A stretch of DNA of 63,589 nucleotides, counting the filler, from Cercozoa sp. M6MM (taxonomy: Eukaryota; Protista; Endomyxa: Ascetosporea), in the NCBI GenBank assembly GCA_040357565.1. It is 12 parts of 12 records of this genome, joined end to end, with 100 filler letters (N's around TTAATTAATTAA, not from the genome) between each part and the next. Parts side by side here need not be neighbours in the genome. Positions count along the whole stretch, not along the records: positions 55,037 to 58,903 come from JBDODJ010001292.1; positions 59,004 to 60,285 come from JBDODJ010002077.1; positions 60,386 to 63,589 come from JBDODJ010001561.1; 9 more parts are not named here. The stretch is one strand, 5' to 3'. Every line of letters starts with the position of its first letter. Position 1 is the first letter of the stretch. A program made the position numbers and the translations under genes. This document shows positions 55,037 through 63,589 of the stretch, piece by piece. The notes under the pieces were generated by a model, which did no database searches, was not told the origin of the DNA, and worked only from the letters and a program-made list of their open reading frames with translations.

Positions 55037-55077
<41 letters not shown>

Positions 55078-55093
55078 CACGTGAGTATTCGCA

Positions 55094-58000
55094 GGTGGAC
55101 GCTGCCCTAAAGTACCTTAAGTCGGCCGGTTCCAAGTCGGTACCGACACAGTCCACCTCGCATGTTTTGTTTATAATCTGGACCATGCAGGCCGAATTCG
55201 ACCGCGCTGATTTTGACGAGAAGTGTGGCGTCGGTGTTGTGGTACCCTGTCTGTCGGCGGACGTGCCTGTAAATCTCCCGGGTAACACTCCCCCTCTGTA
55301 CGCTCGTAGGTGAGCGAAGACCGCGTGAAGGAGCTCGTCATGCAAACCGTGGAGAAGCACCGCGACATGCTCGTGGAGCAGCGGTACCGAGCGCCGCTCG
55401 GCAAGCTGCTGGGCGAGATGCGGTACCCCCCACAATTTGTGCTTTTGCTTGCCCGTATCTCTATATGGATCTGTGTGTCTGCAGCGGCGTGGAGCCGTGG
55501 GCTGACACGCGACTCGTCAAGCAGTCGTTTGACGCTGCCGTTCTGGACCTGCTTGGGTAACTTGCCCCTGTACCTGATCACCTCGTCGCTTACCCATTGA
55601 CCTGACCCTGATGTCCCTTAGCCCCAAGACCGAGGCCGACATGCAAAAGAAGAAGCAGAAGAAACCGAAGAAGCCTAAGCAGGAGGAGCAGAAGCAGGCC
55701 GAAGAGGAAGAGGAGGAGGTCGAGACGCTTGAGGCCTGGACGCAGGGCCGCGACGTCGACGGCATGCACAACGACCCTGCCGTGTGGGCCAAGCACGAGG
55801 AGCACCTGGTACCCATGCTCTCCTAGCCTACCCACGTCTTATGTGTCTACTCGCGTATACACCCTGCAAGCAGAAGGCCCTCAACGTGCCGTTCATCACG
55901 CGCTTTCCGCCTGAACCGAACGGTCACCTGCACATTGGTCACGCCAAGGCCATCAACTTTGACTTTGGCCTCGCCATGATGAAGGGTGCACTGACTTACT
56001 TCGTGTACCGACCTGTCTGTCCTAACTTGTTGTTGAACCTTCGTGCTGACACTCTGTGCAGAGGGCAAGTGCGTGCTGCGTATGGATGATACCAACCCGG
56101 CCGCTGAGAAGCAGGAGTACATCGACAGCATCATCAACTCGGTGCGCTGGCTCGGCTTCACCGAATGGAAGGTCACGCACAGGTAGCTGCTCTTGCTGCT
56201 GCTGCATTTGCTCATCCGGCCTCCTGGTTTATCTAGTTTCATATGAGCAGCTCGGACTACTTCCAGGAGCTGTACGACCTGGCCGAGCAGCTTATCAAGA
56301 TGGACAAGGCTTTCGTGTGCCACATGAAGCAGGAGGATATGCAGCGCGACCGAAAGGCTGGCATCCCATCTGTACTCCCCTTCTGCCCTCCTGTAATACT
56401 GCTTCATACAACTTGATCACGCGTACCTGGCAGCCGTGGCGCGATCGACCGATCGAAGAGTCGCTCGCGGTACTCTAAATGAAACGGGGGGTCTTTTGCC
56501 TTGTACAGTACTATTGCTCTCTTTCCCCCCCCCCCCCCGTGCGCAGGAGTTCCGTCGCATGCGTGACGGCGAGTACGAAGAGGGCGCCGCCGTGCTGCGC
56601 CTCAAGATTGACGTCTCGCACAATAATCCGAACATGCGCGACCCGGTACTGCCTGCCTATTCCCGTCTTCCTTCCCTAACGTTCTTACGCTTATACCTGT
56701 GTAGATTGCGTACCGCATAATCAAGCAGGCGCACCCGCGCACTGGTTTGTCATTTGTTGCAAGTGACGTTGTTGCATTGTCGCATACGTGTTTGTGCAGG
56801 CGACAAGTGGGTGATTTACCCGTCCTACGACTACACGCACTGCATCGTTGACTCGCTCGAGCATGTAGGCTGTGTGTAAATCTACATGCGTATGTATGCG
56901 CATGTGTCGTGTGTGTCCAGGTGAGTGCCTCGTGCTGCACGATGGAGTTTGAGACGCGTCGCGAGTCGTACTTCTGGCTGCTCGATGTGCTCGGTCTGTA
57001 CAAGCCGGTAGCCGCGCACCGTGCCCTTCCCATCTTAATCTCACTTTTACTCCTTCGCGCATCGTAGGTTGTGTGGGAGTTCTCGCGTCTCAACCTGGAG
57101 TACACTCTCATGAGCAAGCGTTGCCTCAAGGTAGATACCTTTCGAGAACCCTTTCTACTCATGACTCCCTGACCTCTTTGCTTGTTGTGACAGGCTATGG
57201 TTGAGGACGGCGTCGTTGACGGCTGGTCTGACCCACGCATGTTCACGTTGAACGGTCTGCGCAACCGCGGCATTCCGCCTGAGGCCATCAATGCCTTTGT
57301 CCGTTACCTTGTGCCCCCTCCTTGCCTCTGAGTGTGTACGAACTGTGCACAGGTGACGCGCCTCGGCAAGTCGTCGCGCAACGTGACCAACGTGGCGCAG
57401 ATGTCGCTCTTCCACTCGGTACCAGTCTCCCAGTCCTCTGCTTGTTGCTTGGAAATGCCGTGTGTGCAGGTGATTCGTGAAACGCTGGAGCCGCTCGCTG
57501 TGCGCGGCTTCGGTCTGCCGGATCCGTAGCCTTTTTTCGACTGTCCCTTTATTTTGTCCCTGTTGCGCCACCCCCCCTCTCTCTCTGTGTAGTGTGCGTG
57601 TTGTTGCCACCAACTGGGCCGATCTGTTCGATGGCAAGGAGGATCATGTCGTCGAGATTGAGTGCCCGGACTTCCCGGCCGATCCGTCGCGAGGTACCCT
57701 CGTAGCCACATCACTTGTAGCCTACGATTTATATGGAGGGTCTGATAGGCTCGCACAAGGTGCCGCTGGAGAAGGTGTTCTACATTGACCGTTCCGACTT
57801 CCGAGTCGAAGCCAACAAGAAGTTCTTCGGCCTTGCTCCTGGCCGTACGGTGCGTCTTCGCAACGCGTTTAACGTGACCTACGTGTCGCACGATACTGAT
57901 GTACCTTTTGATCTCCGCCCTTGTGCTCGTTTCAGCAGCGTATTGTCACGCGATTTGTGTGATGCAGGAGGAAGGCAAGGTCACCGAGGTCCGTGTCGCG

Positions 58001-58492
58001 GTCGACCCGAGCAATGAGATCGCCGTCAAGAAGGGTTTTCTCTCGTGGGTCTCGCAGCCCGTCGAGGTTGAGGCACATCTGCTTGAGGAGCTCTTTGGCA
58101 CACCCAAGCCTGACCGCAAGATCTGGCGAGAGCAGATCAAGTACCACTATCCCAATCTGATCTGTTCTCACGCATTCGCACCCGTTTGCGCCCTGATCGC
58201 TCACCTGCTTTTCCACTCAGCCCGACGTCGCGTGTCGTGGTCAAGGCTATGGTCGACAAGAGCATTGCTGAGCGCGCCGCCGCTGGCCAGGCTTACTTCC
58301 AGTTCCAGCGCTTCGGCTACTTCTTCTGTGACCAGCGAACCCCGACCAACGGTAGCCTTTCTGTCTTTATTCTTCGTCATTGCGCTGCATAGGCGCGTGT
58401 GTGTGTGTGTGTGTGCTGCAGAGGCCGGCCAGCTCGTGTTCCAGCGCACGCTGCCGCAGTCGTCGGGCAAGAAGGCCAAGGCCGGCATCTAG
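55094..58492 (+). CDS. QARS: Glutaminyl-tRNA synthetase (eukaryotic type), 5' partial
   Basis: [79 protein letters not shown]; 21 introns. Confidence 0.97.
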
Positions 58493-58603
58493 ATCGTTCC
58501 ACTCGACTGTGTGAGTCGGTTGTTACTGGAATGGAGAAACTAAATGAATCATTCGTGGTAAATGATGATGCGATGATGCGATGTGACGCCAGCCCCAACA
58601 TCC

Positions 58604-58743
58604 TGATTCCCGGAATTAATTTTTGGTTCCCGATATGGACGGTTAGTTCCCGGAACTAACTCCGTCTTAGTTCCCAGAATTATGATTGGTTCCGAGAATT
58701 AATGCCATTAGTTCCGAGAATTAATAAACGTAGTTCCGAGAAT
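58604..58743. repeat. Array of ~7 imperfect palindromic units TRGTTCCSRGAAYTAA with 3-8 nt variable linkers
   Basis: Units include TTAGTTCCCGGAACTAA (perfect palindrome around a central C), TAGTTCCCAGAATTA, TGGTTCCGAGAATTAA and TAGTTCCGAGAATTAA. Confidence 0.8.
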
Positions 58744-58903
58744 TGTTACTGCGGCTCAATGGCCCAATCAGTAAGGGAAAAGAGAGACTAAATAAATCAT
58801 TCAATTAGATAAGTCGTCACTCAGTTGAGTCAACGTTAGAACTGTAGGTGAAATACCCCTACTGGGTCTCGTAGTGATCCCACTGGATCTCGACCGAAGG
58901 CAG
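58744..58903. mobile_element. Second copy of family A LTR-like element, cut by contig end
   Basis: About 160 nt nearly identical to 3844-4002, starting TGTTACTGCGG. Confidence 0.9.
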
Positions 58904-59017
58904 NNNNNNNNNNNNNNNNNNNNNNNNNNNNNNNNNNNNNNNNNNNNTTAATTAATTAANNNNNNNNNNNNNNNNNNNNNNNNNNNNNNNNNNNNNNNNN
59001 NNNCCCCCCCCCCCCAG

Positions 59018-60111
59018 AGAGAGGACAGCAGCTGCCGCTGATTCCGTTGTGCGTGGCGGCAATGTTCCAGCACGTCGAGGTGGAGGAGTCGGGTGGGTCC
59101 GAGCGGACCAGTTTGGACCGGACAGCGGCCGGTTTGGACAGGATGGATAGGGACAGGGACAGGATGGACGTGGACAGGGACAGGAGGGACATGGACATGG
59201 ACAGAATGGACAGGGACAGGACGAGACGCCTGTCGCTGGCGTCGCAGCAGACCGAGGTGCTGCTGGACGAGGAGACAGCGGCCACACTGGAGGAAGCCCT
59301 GGGCGCCGTGGAGGACATGCTGCGCCTGCTCGAGGCCGCCGGTCGGCAGGCGCTGCGCGGCGACAGTGCGCGCACCACGCACATGGTGCAGGCGCTGGCG
59401 CAGCCCATGCAGACCATCTGCGGCGCGCGCGAGCAGCTCGAGGCGCTGGCCACCGCGCTGGCCGACGCACTCGTCGCCGCGCAGCTCGCGCTGGCTCCGC
59501 GCGGAACCGCCGCCGCCGACCCTACAACAACAACAACAACAATAACAACACGTGCCTCTGTGGCCGATCATGATCTCGCTATGGCACTGCAGCTCGTGCT
59601 TTTCGACGCGCATTTCGAGCGGTGCGTTTCTCCTGCCTTCCGCTCTTGTGTCCGCTGTTTTCTTTCCTGCCTTCCGCTGTTTGGTCCGCTGTTTGGTCCG
59701 CTGAAGTATCTGGTGTGATGCAGGTCGCTGGGCATGCAGATGCACGAGACCGAGGAAGGCACGGAGACGGAGCAGTCGCATCTGTCGCGTGCGTGGATAC
59801 TGCGGGACTACGTGCTGCGCAACCTGTCGGGTGGGTTTACCCCCCTTCTCCCCTACCTCCTTGATACCCCCTACCTTCCCCTACCCCCTTGTTACCCCCT
59901 ACCTCCTTGTTACCCCCCTCCCCTACCCCTTGTTACCCCCCTCCCCTACCCCTTGTTACCCCCCTGTGTGACCCTGTGTGACTGCAGCACGTGCGGCGAT
60001 CGAAGTGGCGACGCAGGGACAGGACATGCAGCAGCTGCTGTGCGGTGGCCGCGCCGAGCGCGACCTCGGTGTCGTGGCGCGCATCGCTGCCATCGGACGC
60101 TGCGTGGTGGC
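59018..60111 (+). CDS. Hypothetical helical protein, internal fragment
   Basis: Long GC3-rich exon (59047-59620) and two further spliceable exons; DR/MD repeat; no family recognised. Confidence 0.55.
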
Positions 60112-60422
60112 GGTAGTTTACCCCCCTGTTTACTCCCCTGTTTACCCCCCTATTTACCCCCCTGTCTACCCCCCTGTTTGCCCCCCTGTTTACCCCCCTG
60201 TTTACCCCCCTATTTACCCCCCTGTTTACCCCTGTTTGCCCCCCTATTTACCCACCTGTTTACCCCCCTCTCCTGTCTAACCCTANNNNNNNNNNNNNNN
60301 NNNNNNNNNNNNNNNNNNNNNNNNNNNNNTTAATTAATTAANNNNNNNNNNNNNNNNNNNNNNNNNNNNNNNNNNNNNNNNNNNNCCTCCCCCCCCCTGT
60401 TTACCCCCTACCTTGCTTGCAG

Positions 60423-63509
<3,087 letters not shown>

Positions 63510-63589
63510 TTTGTAATCAGTCACGTGTGTGCGCGGTCAGTTTGTGGCCACGGAGTTTGTTGTGTGTGTGTGTGTGTGTGTGTGTGTGT

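Noticed and set aside
55094-58492. Possible stop-codon reassignment or non-GT-AG introns to explain fragmented ORFs
   Set aside because: All conserved genes I traced splice cleanly with GT-AG, and TAA, TAG and TGA are each used as true stops.
58604-58743. CRISPR-like repeat/spacer pattern
   Set aside because: Units are about 16 nt and degenerate, linkers only 3-8 nt, no cas genes, eukaryotic context.
60277-60285. CTAACCCTA at a contig end as a telomere
   Set aside because: Only 1.5 units, wrong polarity for a right-hand chromosome end, and located inside a C-rich intron.

Overview
Draft genome of an intron-rich, compact unicellular eukaryote using the standard genetic code. The window is about 12 unordered contigs joined by artificial N44-TTAATTAATTAA-N44 spacers, so adjacency across spacers means nothing. 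Hand-splicing of GT-AG introns (mostly 50-130 nt) gives about 29 genes or gene fragments: C9orf72-like, dynactin p62-like, U2A', MOCS2B, an RS-domain/HSP20 fusion, a CHY zinc finger, dynein LIC-like, an SH3 protein, FCP1, a Venus-flytrap receptor fragment, TFIIH p44, ARP6, an FGD-like FYVE protein, HACD, a RhoGEF, a metallophosphoesterase, PIG-P, PSMB7, a BEACH protein, a P450, CPSase, DJ-1/PfpI, an amino-acid transporter, GlnRS, MCM2 and several hypotheticals. Protein names come from motif recognition by eye, not from database searches. The most unusual signals are: (1) a highly iterated 10-bp palindrome TCCGCGCGGA found in all reading frames and in introns, resembling cyanobacterial HIP1; (2) splice donors dominated by GTAC instead of GTRAG; (3) introns each filled with their own palindromic or C-rich repeat, with strict strand polarity for the C-rich type; (4) 33-35 bp micro-transposon-like insertions and two related solo-LTR-like families with 4-bp TSDs; (5) a candidate structured ncRNA near 9.8-10.0 kb.
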